Translations under genes and position numbers: made by a program
NCBI GenBank assembly: GCA_018970045.1
Contig: JAGWXC010000001.1
Location: forward strand, 1-59,508
Direction: 5' to 3'
DNA length: 59,508 bases
Source: Planctomycetota bacterium
Lineage (GTDB): Bacteria; Planctomycetota; Phycisphaerae; Phycisphaerales; SM1A02
The notes under the pieces: generated by a model
The model's database searches: none
What the model saw: the letters and a program-made list of their open reading frames with translations, nothing else
What the model was told of the DNA's origin: nothing
In this document: positions 35,133 to 44,873 of the stretch, in pieces
How the letters are laid out: each line of letters opens with the position of its first letter
How positions within the stretch are numbered: the stretch's first letter is position 1

Positions 35133-38100
35133 ATGATCCTGACATCGATCCTGACCGCCATCGTTGCCCTCACGCCCCCTGATTGCAACGCCAATGGTGT
35201 CGCCGACTGGCAGGACATCGCGACGGCGACCTCAAACGATGTCGGCAACGACGGGGTACCCGACGAGTGCCAGGACTGTGCCGACGGTGATGGCAACGGC
35301 ATGCCGGACTCCCTCGAGCAGGGTGCCGGACTGATCGGGCAGTACTGGAACGATTCGATCGGCACGACCGGCACCTTTCGGCAGCGCGTCCTCGTGCGCA
35401 TCGATCCCACCGTGAACTTCGACTGGGCTGGGGGCTCTCCCGACCCCTCGCTGCCGATTGACGATTTTTCCGTTCGTTGGACCGCCACCATGACGGCGCC
35501 GACCACCGGTCCTTGCACCTTCTACTCGCGCAGCGACGACGGGTTCCGGCTCTGGATCGATGGCATGCCCATCATCGACGCGTGGGTCGCCCAAAGCGGG
35601 ACGCTCTGGTACTCGGGAACCGTCGACCTCGTCGCCGGCCAACGCTACGCCTTCCGCGTTGACTACTACGAGGGTGGAGGCCAGGCCAAGGCGTTCCTTG
35701 AGTGGCAGCCGAACGGCCTGCCCCGTGCCGTCGTGCCAACCTCGGCGTTCCGTGCGATGACTGACCTCGACGGCGATGGAGTGCCCGATCTTGCGCGTGA
35801 TTGCGATGGCGACGGCATCTCCGACGGTGCCGAACTCGAGGCTGGTACTGCCTTCGACTGCAACGAAAATTGTCTCGTGGACGACTGTGAGCCGGAGGTG
35901 GCGGCGGTGTCGGGCTACTGGCGATTCGAGGAGGATGGACAAGTAGTCGCAGACAGCGGTCCGTTCGGTCTCTCCGGCACGGGATCTGCACTCGCGCGGG
36001 GAGCCGCGGTAGCGGTCGACGTCGTGCCTGCGACGGCGCAAGCGAATCTTCGGAGCACGCTGATCGCGCCTCCAACGGGTTCGACAGGACAGGCGGTGGT
36101 GCAGGATCCGCAGGGGCGCTTGGCGTCCTCGGGAGAGAGTTTCACGGTCGAGGCGTGGGTCAAGCTGGATTCGCTCGCCAACGGGTCCACGGCCGAAGAA
36201 CGCCAGGTGCTCGTGCAGCGCAAGCCGACCAATCTCGGCGATCGATCGGCGGATTACATCTTCTGCGTGCAGGCGGGGGACTACCCCCAAAAGGGCATCC
36301 GGAACTTCGGCGACGGCAGCGGCGGTCGGAACATCACCATGCTGTTCGGCAATGGCGGCGCCGCCAACGCCAGCTTCTGGACCGTCACGAGCGATCTCAC
36401 GATCAGCGACAACCAGTGGCACTACGTCGCTGCGATCGTTGACGCGGACCGCAGCGAGGTGACCTTCATCGTTGACCAGCGGATCGACGTCGTGACCTTC
36501 CTCAGCCTCGGTCGGGTCATCGTCGATGCCCCGCTCGTCATAGGCGCGCACACCAACACCGCCGGCCAGTTCAACCAACGCCTGCGCGGCAGCGTCGATG
36601 AGCTACGCATCTGCAGCGGCACGGTGCCGGTCGCGGCGTTGCTGCAGCGGGCCGGCACCAGCGATTGCAATGCATCCGGCCAGCCGGACAGCTGCGACAT
36701 CCAGCAGGGAGCCATCGACTGCGACGTGAACGGGGTGCCCGACGATTGCCAGTTCGATTGCGACCGCAACGGACTCGCCGATGTCTGCGACATTGCCAAC
36801 GGCGGGGCTGACTGCAACGCGGACGGCCTGCTCGACTCCTGCCAGATCGTCGGCAACGACTGCGACGGCAATGGCGTGCTGGATGCCTGCCAGCTTGCCC
36901 AGGGTGACTGCAACGACAATGGCGAGCTCGATTCGTGCGAAGTGGCGAGCGATCCGTCGATCGACTGCGACGCCAGCGGCACGCCCGACGTCTGCCAGAT
37001 CGAGGAAGAGACCACCTATCGCACGAGTGACTCCTTCCCCGAGTTCGGCATCCGCGCACTCGGCGACCATATGGCGTGGCTCACGAGCCATCGGGTTGTC
37101 GGCGGGGCAGGCATGATCGAGGCCGTGGAGGCCATGTTCGTCTTCCTTCCCGAGGACCATCCGGTCAAGGTGTGCCTGTGGTCCGATCCGAACAACGATG
37201 GCGAACCGAGCGATGCCCAGCTCCTGGCATCGGTCGACGACGTCGCCGCTCCGCTCACCCTCCTGCGCCGGTTCGACATTCCGGACACCGAGATCGGTGG
37301 GGATGGCACCTCGTTCTTCGTGGGCGCGATCGTCACCACGGACTCCATCTCAACGCTCTTCCCTGGCCCGCTCGACAGCAGCGGAAACGCGCTCAACCGT
37401 CGCTCGTGGATCGTGGGCAGCGACTCGCCGATCGATCCGAACAACCTCTCGGCGAACGCCGCCGAGTTCAGCACGGTTGAGGTCGCACTGCCGTTCCCCG
37501 GCAAGTGGCTGCTTGGTGCGGTCGCTGTCGCACGCAACGGCGATTGCAATGACAACCAAGTGCTCGATGGATGCGACATCACGGCCGGCACGAGCAGTGA
37601 CGCTGACCAATCGGGTCGGCCGGATGAATGCGAGGACTGCAACTCCAACGGCACGCTCGATTCAATCGACATCGCTTCCGGCGCGAGCCTTGACTGCCAG
37701 AGGGACCTCGTGCCTGACGAATGCCAGGCGAGCGGGCTCGGCGAGGATTGCAACCAGGACCTGGTGCCTGACGCCTGCCAGCTCGAGGGCAACGATTGCA
37801 ACACCAATGCCGTGCTCGACTCCTGCGACATCGCCCAAGCGACCAGCCCCGACCTCGATGGATCAGGGATCCCTGACGAGTGCGAGGATTGCAATGGCAA
37901 CGGTGCCCTTGACAGCGCTGACGTCGCCACCGGATTCAGCCCCGATTGCCAGCCCGACGGCATCCCGGACGAGTGCCAGCTCGGGACGCCGCCGACTGCT
38001 GTGCAGTACCGCGTGGACGACGGAACCCGCGAGGGCAACTACGGCGTCTCGGGCCGATCCGACATGGTCTGGCTGAATGCCTTCACCGTCGAACCCGGGG

Positions 38101-38783
38101 GCGAGTGGATCGGCAGCGTGTCGGTGGTCATCGGCAACGGGTTTGCGGGCAGCCCCTATGAGGTGCTTGTCTGGAGCGATCCCAATGGCGACGGCATCCC
38201 TGCGGATGCGCAGGTCCTGACCCGAGCGCCGGCGCGAGTGCGCGATGGCAACACAAGCATCTTCAACGATGCCGCCATCGACCCCACCTACATCGGCCCG
38301 GTCGGTACGCGGTTCTTTGCCGGGGTGCGGTATCAGGATCCCTACGGGAACCAGGCCGTGATCCCCGCGGATCTCGGCGGCCCGCTCAACCAGAGCTGGA
38401 TCGCGGTGGGGGCGATCGACACGGTCGACGTCAACAACCTCTCCGCAGCACCGATCTATGGCTATCTGACGCAGGCGAACACGCTGCTGCGGGCCAATGG
38501 ATTCGACGGCGTGCTGCCGTTCGACTGCAATCGCAACCAGGTGCCCGACGCATGCGATCTTGCGAGCGGCCAAGGCACCGACGGCAACGGCGACGGGATC
38601 CCCGACCAGTGCCAGGGATGTCGTGCCGACCTGAACGGCAATGGCGAGGTCGATGGCGCTGACCTCGGGATCATCCTCGTGAATTGGGGCGGCTCCTCTG
38701 GGCTCGCCGACCTGAACGGCGATGGCACGATCGATGGTGCCGACCTCGGCATCATTCTGGTGTCGTGGGGCTCGTGCGGCTGA
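35133..38783 (+). CDS. giant secreted protein (1216 aa): PA14, LamG/ConA-like, two blocks each of Cys-repeats plus an unknown domain, then a double dockerin-like module
   Basis: PA14 (GLIGQYW...FSVRWTA...SRSDDGFRLWIDG...YYEGGG). LamG-like (SGYWRFEE...FTVEAWVKLD...WHYVAAIVD...VDELRICSG). C-terminus is CRADLNGNGEVDGADLGIILVNWG...DLNGDGTIDGADLGIILVSWGSCG. Confidence 0.8.
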   Translation: MILTSILTAIVALTPPDCNANGVADWQDIATATSNDVGNDGVPDECQDCADGDGNGMPDSLEQGAGLIGQYWNDSIGTTGTFRQRVLVRIDPTVNFDWAGGSPDPSLPIDDFSVRWTATMTAPTTGPCTFYSRSDDGFRLWIDGMPIIDAWVAQSGTLWYSGTVDLVAGQRYAFRVDYYEGGGQAKAFLEWQPNGLPRAVVPTSAFRAMTDLDGDGVPDLARDCDGDGISDGAELEAGTAFDCNENCLVDDCEPEVAAVSGYWRFEEDGQVVADSGPFGLSGTGSALARGAAVAVDVVPATAQANLRSTLIAPPTGSTGQAVVQDPQGRLASSGESFTVEAWVKLDSLANGSTAEERQVLVQRKPTNLGDRSADYIFCVQAGDYPQKGIRNFGDGSGGRNITMLFGNGGAANASFWTVTSDLTISDNQWHYVAAIVDADRSEVTFIVDQRIDVVTFLSLGRVIVDAPLVIGAHTNTAGQFNQRLRGSVDELRICSGTVPVAALLQRAGTSDCNASGQPDSCDIQQGAIDCDVNGVPDDCQFDCDRNGLADVCDIANGGADCNADGLLDSCQIVGNDCDGNGVLDACQLAQGDCNDNGELDSCEVASDPSIDCDASGTPDVCQIEEETTYRTSDSFPEFGIRALGDHMAWLTSHRVVGGAGMIEAVEAMFVFLPEDHPVKVCLWSDPNNDGEPSDAQLLASVDDVAAPLTLLRRFDIPDTEIGGDGTSFFVGAIVTTDSISTLFPGPLDSSGNALNRRSWIVGSDSPIDPNNLSANAAEFSTVEVALPFPGKWLLGAVAVARNGDCNDNQVLDGCDITAGTSSDADQSGRPDECEDCNSNGTLDSIDIASGASLDCQRDLVPDECQASGLGEDCNQDLVPDACQLEGNDCNTNAVLDSCDIAQATSPDLDGSGIPDECEDCNGNGALDSADVATGFSPDCQPDGIPDECQLGTPPTAVQYRVDDGTREGNYGVSGRSDMVWLNAFTVEPGGEWIGSVSVVIGNGFAGSPYEVLVWSDPNGDGIPADAQVLTRAPARVRDGNTSIFNDAAIDPTYIGPVGTRFFAGVRYQDPYGNQAVIPADLGGPLNQSWIAVGAIDTVDVNNLSAAPIYGYLTQANTLLRANGFDGVLPFDCNRNQVPDACDLASGQGTDGNGDGIPDQCQGCRADLNGNGEVDGADLGIILVNWGGSSGLADLNGDGTIDGADLGIILVSWGSCG
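36660..37010 (+). repeat. coding tandem array of about 7 DCNxxGxxDxC(x)I mini-repeats (13-19 aa each)
   Basis: DCNASGQPDSCDIQQGAI / DCDVNGVPDDCQF / DCDRNGLADVCDIANGGA / DCNADGLLDSCQIVGN / DCDGNGVLDACQLAQG / DCNDNGELDSCEVASDPSI / DCDASGTPDVCQIEEE. Confidence 0.8.
37550..37985 (+). repeat. second coding array of the same Cys mini-repeat (about 7-9 units)
   Basis: DCNDNQVLDGCDI.., DQSGRPDECE, DCNSNGTLDSIDI.., DCQRDLVPDECQ.., DCNQDLVPDACQ.., DCNTNAVLDSCDI.., DGSGIPDECE, DCNGNGALDSADV.., DCQPDGIPDECQLG. Confidence 0.8.
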
Positions 38784-38837
38784 TCAGGCGGCACGGTTCG
38801 ATGGCGGTCCCGTCGCCAAGCCGGTCGTGAGCCAGGA

Positions 38838-39242
38838 TCAGCAACCGCCCCACGGCAGATCGGCTGGGACAGGCAGCAGCCTTCCTGCTCGATCGATGCA
38901 CGCGAGCGTCGTGGCGCCCTCGACCAGCAGCGTGCCGTCGCGGACGACGCGGTAGCGATGCTCAATCTTGACGGGTCCGCTCGAGAGCAGGTCGCAGCGC
39001 ACGGTGACGAGATCGTCGTAGCGCGCGGGCGCCCGGTAGCGGGCCTCGAGCCTGACCACGGCGAGCAAGAGCCCAGCCTCTTCCATCGCGCGGTAACTGC
39101 CGCCCTTGGAACGCAGCAGTTCCGTGCGCGCCATCTCGAACCACACGGGATACACCGTGTGGTGCACCACACCCATCGGATCGCACTCGACGTAGCGCAC
39201 GCGGACGGGGAGGTCGATCGATGCGATGGGCGCGGTCGTCAT
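38838..39242 (-). CDS. acyl-CoA thioesterase, YbgC/4HBT hotdog family
   Basis: VRVRYVECDPMGVVHHTVYPVWFEMARTELLR...LAVVRLEARYRAPARYDD. ATGA overlap with the upstream gene. Confidence 0.85.
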   Translation of the reverse strand: MTTAPIASIDLPVRVRYVECDPMGVVHHTVYPVWFEMARTELLRSKGGSYRAMEEAGLLLAVVRLEARYRAPARYDDLVTVRCDLLSSGPVKIEHRYRVVRDGTLLVEGATTLACIDRAGRLLPVPADLPWGGC

Positions 39243-40081
39243 GCGGGCCCCAGCACGGCCATGCGCATGCCACTGTCCTCGGGGCTCCTGAACATCAGGG
39301 TCCGGCCGTTGCGCGCCAGTTCCATGGAGCTCGGATCCGCCCACGACAGCGGGATCGCCCCGCTCCGCAGGCAAAACTCACTTGGGTCGAAGGACTGCAG
39401 CCCCGGCAGGCCGATGTGCGAGGCGAGGTAGCCGTGGTAGGCGGCGGTGCGCGCGCGGACGTCATCACGCATCAGGTGGTGCGCCAGCCCGAACTCGATC
39501 ACCGCTCGGTTGGAAGGGTGGAACGTGAGGGCCGCTCGCAGCAGTGCGGCGAAATGGTCCGGTGCGAGGTAGTACGCCAGTCCCTCGGCGACCCAGAGCG
39601 TGGGTCGATCCGCACGCCAGCCGTTCGCACGAAGCCCCATGAGCAGCATGCCGAGGTTTGACAGGTCCGCCTCGATCATCCGCATGCGCGTGGCGACGAC
39701 CGGGAAGAGCCGCTGAACCAGCGTTTCCTTGTCGGCCTGATGATGCAGATCGACCTCCCAGATGCGTGCCTCCGCGCAGTGATGCGCCCAGTCGATGCCC
39801 ATGGCGCTCCACCCGGCACCCAGCACCACCACCTGCCGTCCGACCGCTGGCGTGTTCACGGCGATCGCGTTCATCCAGGTCCAGAGCTGCCACTTCCGCA
39901 GCACGAAGTGCATGCGCGCGTGTGGCCACTGCTGCGCGACGTGGTCCGCCATCTCGCGACCGGACCCGGTGTCGAGCTTGGCGACGAAGGTCCGTCCGGC
40001 ATCGGTGTGTGCCGCCTCCTCGCCCGCGAGTCGCATGACCATGGCGGCGGTCACGCCCACGTGCAGATTCTGCAACGGCAC
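39239..40081 (-). CDS. SAM-dependent methyltransferase, LCM (leucine carboxyl methyltransferase)-like
   Basis: VVVLGAGWSAMG motif I, WEVDL and WVAEGLAYYL. The start is uncertain: GTG at 40081 chosen so as not to overlap the divergent PEBP gene. Confidence 0.6.
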   Translation of the reverse strand: MPLQNLHVGVTAAMVMRLAGEEAAHTDAGRTFVAKLDTGSGREMADHVAQQWPHARMHFVLRKWQLWTWMNAIAVNTPAVGRQVVVLGAGWSAMGIDWAHHCAEARIWEVDLHHQADKETLVQRLFPVVATRMRMIEADLSNLGMLLMGLRANGWRADRPTLWVAEGLAYYLAPDHFAALLRAALTFHPSNRAVIEFGLAHHLMRDDVRARTAAYHGYLASHIGLPGLQSFDPSEFCLRSGAIPLSWADPSSMELARNGRTLMFRSPEDSGMRMAVLGPA

Positions 40082-40155
40082 GTCATGGGCATCCGGGGCC
40101 TGATCCACGCCGCGATGGTACGGCGCGAGCGCCGGCGCGCGGTACGCTCTCGCGC

Positions 40156-40797
40156 ATGAGCACGCTCTCTTCGATCGTTGTTGCGTCGTTCGCGTTGCCT
40201 GTCGTTGCGGCCCTTGCAGCGCAGGCTCCGCCGGCATCGGCACCCGCAGCTCCCGGCACCGCTCCCGCCACGACCGACGCGGCGAAGCCCGCTGACGCTG
40301 CAGCGCCCAAGGATGCCGCCAAGGCAGAGTTCGCCGTGAAGAGCCCTGCATTCAAGAACAACGAGCGCTTGCCCGTCGAGTACTCGACCGATGGCGAGAA
40401 CGTCTCGCCGGAGATCACCTGGGAAGGCACGCCAACGGGCACCAAGTCCTTCGCGCTGATCTGCCACGATCCCGATGCGGGCCAGTTCATCCACTGGATC
40501 GCCTGGAACATCCCCGCCGACTGCAAGGGCTTGCCGCGTGGCCTGAAGCGCGCCGCCACGCTCGATGATCCCAAGGGCATGCGCCAGGGCTTCACGGACT
40601 GGGGCAAGGCCAAGGGCGAGGGCTACCTCGGCCCGGCTCCGGGCAAGGGCTCGGGCGATCACCACTACACCTTCACGGTGGTGGCCTTGGATACCGACTT
40701 CCCCGCCGACAAGGTCTTCACGGCACGCGAGCTGCGCTCGGCCATGAAGGGACACGTGCTCGGCAAGGCCGAACTCGTGGGGATCTTCAGCCGCTGA
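40156..40797 (+). CDS. YbhB/YbcL-family PEBP (Raf kinase inhibitor-like) protein, secreted, with Ala/Pro-rich linker
   Basis: Signal peptide, then NVSPEITWEG.P.GTKSFALICHDPDA...HWIAWNIP...GDHHYTFTVVALD. Confidence 0.85.
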   Translation: MSTLSSIVVASFALPVVAALAAQAPPASAPAAPGTAPATTDAAKPADAAAPKDAAKAEFAVKSPAFKNNERLPVEYSTDGENVSPEITWEGTPTGTKSFALICHDPDAGQFIHWIAWNIPADCKGLPRGLKRAATLDDPKGMRQGFTDWGKAKGEGYLGPAPGKGSGDHHYTFTVVALDTDFPADKVFTARELRSAMKGHVLGKAELVGIFSR

Positions 40798-40925
40798 GGT
40801 CGCGCCTGTCGCCGGGGGCTGGGCGCGCTGTCCCGGAAGACGCCGTGCTGTCCATTGAAACGCCTCGTTGGCCCGCGAGGAAATGGTCGCTGGCTTGCAA
40901 GCCCCACGGCGCGCTGCATCGCGCC

Positions 40926-41993
40926 TCAGGGCGCGCCGGCGGGTGAGATCACGGTCGGCTGCGTACCGGGCGCGGGCTGATCGGCGTTCGCCGGCGCCGG
41001 TGGCGGCGGGAACAGAATCGCCGACAGGCTCGTCGCGCGCCACGACGGCAGTTTGAACTCGAAGCCCGCGCAGCGGGTGCCGGCCTGGTCGAGGTTCGTC
41101 ACGCGGTCGCGCTCGACCTCGTCGGTCGGCTCAGGCTGGTCGGGCAGGCGCTCCACGTTGATCTTCATCCAGAGATCGTTGCCATCCTTCGCGATGTCAA
41201 GGTCGATCGCCCGCGAACGCGAGATCACGCGGATCAGGCGGTGTTCAGGGTGTTCCTTCGCGGCACGGACGTCGTCGATCTCCAAGCGCGCCAGGAGTTC
41301 CGGGATCGTCCGCTGCGCGCTCTCACGCTGCGTTTCAAGCAGCATGGCCACCGGCTCGACCTGGGCAGCGGTCCAGGCGCCGGCGTCGCCGCGCGTGAAC
41401 TCGACGCCACCAACCGTGAACCGGTCAAGATCGCCGCTGGGCAGCGTCATGAGCTGGCGGTCGATGTAATTCACCAGCTCGAGCGTGCTGCGAAACGTGC
41501 CGGAGCACTTCCATGCCTGCGATTCCCCAAGCAGGCGCGCGAACTGCGCTTCCGGGCTGAATCGCTCCTTGCCGATCACGACCTCGGCGATCGGGGCCTC
41601 ACCTGCCAGCACCCGCACCAGCTTGGCCGCCCCCTGGTCATCGGGCCATGCCAGGCTGAGTTCACCGAGTCGCTCCTTCACGCTCGTCATGGCTTCGATG
41701 CGCTCGAGGCTGGCGAGCGCAGCCAGGATCTCGTTCACGCGAACGGTCTCGGCGCGGAAGCTGCCGGCATCGGGGAGCACCCATGCATCGCCGTCCTTGC
41801 GATAGCGAAGGGTCTTGGCACCCTGCACCAGCTCGATCGCGGTGATCTCCTTGGCACGCGGGGCGAGCGTGCCCACCAGGGGTTCCCGGGTGGCGGCGGG
41901 CGCCTCGCCGGTCTCGGCGGTCGGCTTCACGAGGATCGCCACGACGACGAGCGCCGCCGCGACCACGCTGATGGCAAGGATCGGTCGCTTCAT
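40926..41993 (-). CDS. DUF4340-like protein, last gene of the GldG-type ABC-2 cassette
   Basis: N-terminal TM (MKRPILAISVVAAALVVVAILV). Its position immediately downstream of the GldG-like gene (3-nt gap) matches the usual cassette. Confidence 0.55.
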   Translation of the reverse strand: MKRPILAISVVAAALVVVAILVKPTAETGEAPAATREPLVGTLAPRAKEITAIELVQGAKTLRYRKDGDAWVLPDAGSFRAETVRVNEILAALASLERIEAMTSVKERLGELSLAWPDDQGAAKLVRVLAGEAPIAEVVIGKERFSPEAQFARLLGESQAWKCSGTFRSTLELVNYIDRQLMTLPSGDLDRFTVGGVEFTRGDAGAWTAAQVEPVAMLLETQRESAQRTIPELLARLEIDDVRAAKEHPEHRLIRVISRSRAIDLDIAKDGNDLWMKINVERLPDQPEPTDEVERDRVTNLDQAGTRCAGFEFKLPSWRATSLSAILFPPPPAPANADQPAPGTQPTVISPAGAP

Positions 41994-41996
41994 GGG

Positions 41997-44135
41997 TCAG
42001 GCCTTCTTGGTGCTTCGGTGCAGATGGGAACGGCGGACGAGCATGATGGCCGCCAGACCCGCCACGACCAGTGGCCACGCGACCACATTGACGAGCATCA
42101 GGCGCGTGCCAAGCCCCTCGTACTCGCGGCGAAGGTTGAACTGCACCGAGCGCAGTTCCTTGCGCGCGGCGAGCGTTTGCTCCTCGAGCTTCACGACTTC
42201 CGCTTCCTGCTCAGGTGACAGGATCAACTGGTTTTCCGGGGTCTTCTGCGCCTGCAGCTCGGTGAGCCGCGCTTCGGACTGGCGAATCTGGTTCTGCAGC
42301 TCGCGTTCACGATCGAGGTACTGCTTCTCGGCGGCCTTGCGGATCTCCTCCACGCGGTCGAACGGGCGCTGGTACTTCCCGCGGGCACGAAGGTTCAGCA
42401 AGGCCTCGTCGCCCGTGAACATCTCGAGCACGTTGAGCACGAAGGCGCCGTTGTCGGCCATCACGCGTGAGCCGAGCACGAGGTTGCCCATGCGCTGCTG
42501 CTCGATCCAGTTCTGGTCGGCGAGCAGGTCAGCATCCGCCACGATGACGATGTTGCCGGTGCCGGTGCGCGGAGCCTTGGCGGGTGATGTCGGGGTCGAT
42601 GCCGACGGTGTTGCCGCCGGAGCTTGCTCCGGTGCCGGAGCAGGCTGGGCGAGCGTTGGCGATGCCGCCGGCGCCGGATCCTGGAAGGGGCCCTTGCCCG
42701 GAGTTGCGTCCGCTGGTGCGGGCGCGGCTGGTGGAGTCGCTGGCGCGGGCGCTGGAGCGGCTGGAGCCGATGCCGGTGCGGTCGGCGCTGCCGGGAGCTC
42801 GCTGCCATCCGGCGCGAGCATCACGGGCTTGCTTGACTCCGGCGGTGCGATGGTCGGGTTGCCGGCCTCGTCGTAGGCCGCCTCGATCGGCCCCTGCACG
42901 CGCACCGCGAGCACGTTGCGCTTGCCCTCAGGCTTGAAGTCGCGCATCAAGCCCTCGGGATCAGGGAAGAACTGGATCCGCACGCCATCGAGCCGCATGG
43001 ACTCGGCGCTTGATTCCATGAGCGGCTTCACGGCTGCCTTGTTCGACTCGCGGATGTCGATCGCGCCCATGGTCTGCGTGTTGATCTGCGACAGTCGGCC
43101 CGTGCTCGGATCGTCCTTGGCCAACGCATCCTCACGCAGTGCAAGCCAAATCAGATAGTCCATCACTTGCACGGGGCCTTGGCTGCGCACGCGCACGCGC
43201 TGTGCGAAGGTCGAGTCGGCCACCACCTTGCTGCGGGTCCACTCGATGCCCCAGGCGCGCGTGAGCGGGCCCAGATCGCTGGACTTGTCGCCCGAGCCGC
43301 CGCTGAAGCGATCCTCCGAAGGCTGCGCTTCGCAGTGCGGATCGAGGAACGCCAGGATCCGGCCGCCCTTCAGCGCGAAGCCGTCGATCGAGCGCAGCAG
43401 ATCCGTCGAGAGTTCGCGTGGATGCACGAGGATCAGCGCATCGAGGCCTTCCGGCAGCGCCGAGTCGGTCGTGGCGATGTCCTTGACCTGGTAGAGCTGC
43501 TTCAGTTGCAGGTAGATCTGCCACGGCTCGGCGGGCTGGCGCGGGTCGGCTGGATTCACGCCGCCGCCGGCCAGCGGCAGCGAGGACAGCAGGCCGATCG
43601 TCGGCTTCTTCACCTTGCCGATCGATTGCACGAGCCGCATGACGTCGTACTCAAGGAACGGCTCCTTGTTGGGGTCGAGGAACGGCATCGCCTCGGACTG
43701 GTCGACGGAGTTCTTCGCGACCAGGCCGAGCATGAGTTCCTTGCCCGAACCATCGAGCCGCAGTGGTGCGATGCCAGCGGCGCGCGCCTCGTCCTGCGCC
43801 TCACTGAAGGGTGCGGGGTCGATCACGCGCAGCGTGATGCGGCCCTTGCTGGCCTGCGCCACTTCCTGCAGGAACTCGCGCACGCGATTCGCGTACGACT
43901 GGATCTGCGGCATGCCTTGCGCCGCCTCGGCCGAGTAGTAGAAGTCGAGCTTCACCGGCTCATCGAGCCGCTGCACGAGCGGCGCGACAGCGGGGGAGAG
44001 CGAGTACAGGCGATCCTCGGTCAGGTCCAGGCGCAGGCCGCGGACCGCATAGGTGCTGGCGACGGCAAAGGCGCACAGCGCCACCGTCACGCCGGCGAAG
44101 GCCCCGATGATCCCGATCGTTCGTGCGTTGGTCAT
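41997..44135 (-). CDS. GldG-family ABC-transport auxiliary protein with Ala/Pro-rich insertion
   Basis: N- and C-terminal TMs, DLTEDRLYSLS motif, and a coiled-coil near the C-terminus. Low-complexity APAPAPATPPAAPAPA... segment is encoded at about 42560-42800. Confidence 0.75.
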   Translation of the reverse strand: MTNARTIGIIGAFAGVTVALCAFAVASTYAVRGLRLDLTEDRLYSLSPAVAPLVQRLDEPVKLDFYYSAEAAQGMPQIQSYANRVREFLQEVAQASKGRITLRVIDPAPFSEAQDEARAAGIAPLRLDGSGKELMLGLVAKNSVDQSEAMPFLDPNKEPFLEYDVMRLVQSIGKVKKPTIGLLSSLPLAGGGVNPADPRQPAEPWQIYLQLKQLYQVKDIATTDSALPEGLDALILVHPRELSTDLLRSIDGFALKGGRILAFLDPHCEAQPSEDRFSGGSGDKSSDLGPLTRAWGIEWTRSKVVADSTFAQRVRVRSQGPVQVMDYLIWLALREDALAKDDPSTGRLSQINTQTMGAIDIRESNKAAVKPLMESSAESMRLDGVRIQFFPDPEGLMRDFKPEGKRNVLAVRVQGPIEAAYDEAGNPTIAPPESSKPVMLAPDGSELPAAPTAPASAPAAPAPAPATPPAAPAPADATPGKGPFQDPAPAASPTLAQPAPAPEQAPAATPSASTPTSPAKAPRTGTGNIVIVADADLLADQNWIEQQRMGNLVLGSRVMADNGAFVLNVLEMFTGDEALLNLRARGKYQRPFDRVEEIRKAAEKQYLDRERELQNQIRQSEARLTELQAQKTPENQLILSPEQEAEVVKLEEQTLAARKELRSVQFNLRREYEGLGTRLMLVNVVAWPLVVAGLAAIMLVRRSHLHRSTKKA

Positions 44136-44138
44136 GGC

Positions 44139-44873
44139 TCAGTCCGCCTTCTTCCACTCGATGAGCAGGATGTTCAGCCACAGGAATGCGGCCACCACGG
44201 CAGCGAAGAAGAGCACGTCGCGCAGGTCGATGACCCCGCGCTCCATCGGCTCGAAGTGCGTGAGCAGGCTCACGCTGGCGACCGCCTCGGCCACGCCGGG
44301 GTTGGCCCAGCCGCCGAGGAAGTCGAGCACGACCGGATAGCCAGCCATGAGCAGCAGGAAGCAGACCACCGCGCAGAGCACGAAGGCCACCACCTGGTTC
44401 TTGGTGACCGCGCTGAGGGCGCTGCCGATCGCCAGGAACGCACCGGCCATGAGCGCGCTGCCCACGTAGCCCGCGAGGATCGCTCCGCGGTCAGGTTCAC
44501 CGAGGTACTCGACCGTGAGCCAGATCGGCACCGTGAGCGCGAGCGCGACGCACGCGAACGCCCACGCCGCCAGCCACTTGCCCACCACGAGATCGCGGAT
44601 CGAGATCGGCAGCGTGGTCACGAGCTCGATCGTGCCGATGCGGCGCTCCTCGGCCCAGAGCCGCATGCTGATCGCCGGAACCAGGAAGAGGAAGAGCCAT
44701 GGGTTGAAGTCGAAGAAGGGCCGCAGGTCTGCCTGGCCGCGCTCGTAGAGCTGGCCCACGTTGAAGGTGAAGATCCCCGTCAGGAACAGGAACATCACCA
44801 GGAAGACCGCTGCGAGCGGCGTGTTGAAGTACGCCGAGAACTCTCGGCGCACGATCGGTGTGAGGCGGCTCAT
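44139..44873 (-). CDS. ABC-2 family transporter permease (GldF-like)
   Basis: VRREFSAYFNTPLAAVFLVMFLFLTGIFTF...LWAEERRIGTIELVTTLPI. Six TM helices. Confidence 0.85.
   Translation of the reverse strand: MSRLTPIVRREFSAYFNTPLAAVFLVMFLFLTGIFTFNVGQLYERGQADLRPFFDFNPWLFLFLVPAISMRLWAEERRIGTIELVTTLPISIRDLVVGKWLAAWAFACVALALTVPIWLTVEYLGEPDRGAILAGYVGSALMAGAFLAIGSALSAVTKNQVVAFVLCAVVCFLLLMAGYPVVLDFLGGWANPGVAEAVASVSLLTHFEPMERGVIDLRDVLFFAAVVAAFLWLNILLIEWKKAD

Noticed and set aside
42560-42800. Repetitive GC-rich DNA (GCNCCN periodicity), checked as a possible CRISPR or other non-coding tandem repeat.
   Set aside because: It lies in frame inside the GldG-like CDS and encodes an Ala/Pro linker. There is no repeat-spacer structure, and no CRISPR array was seen anywhere in the window.
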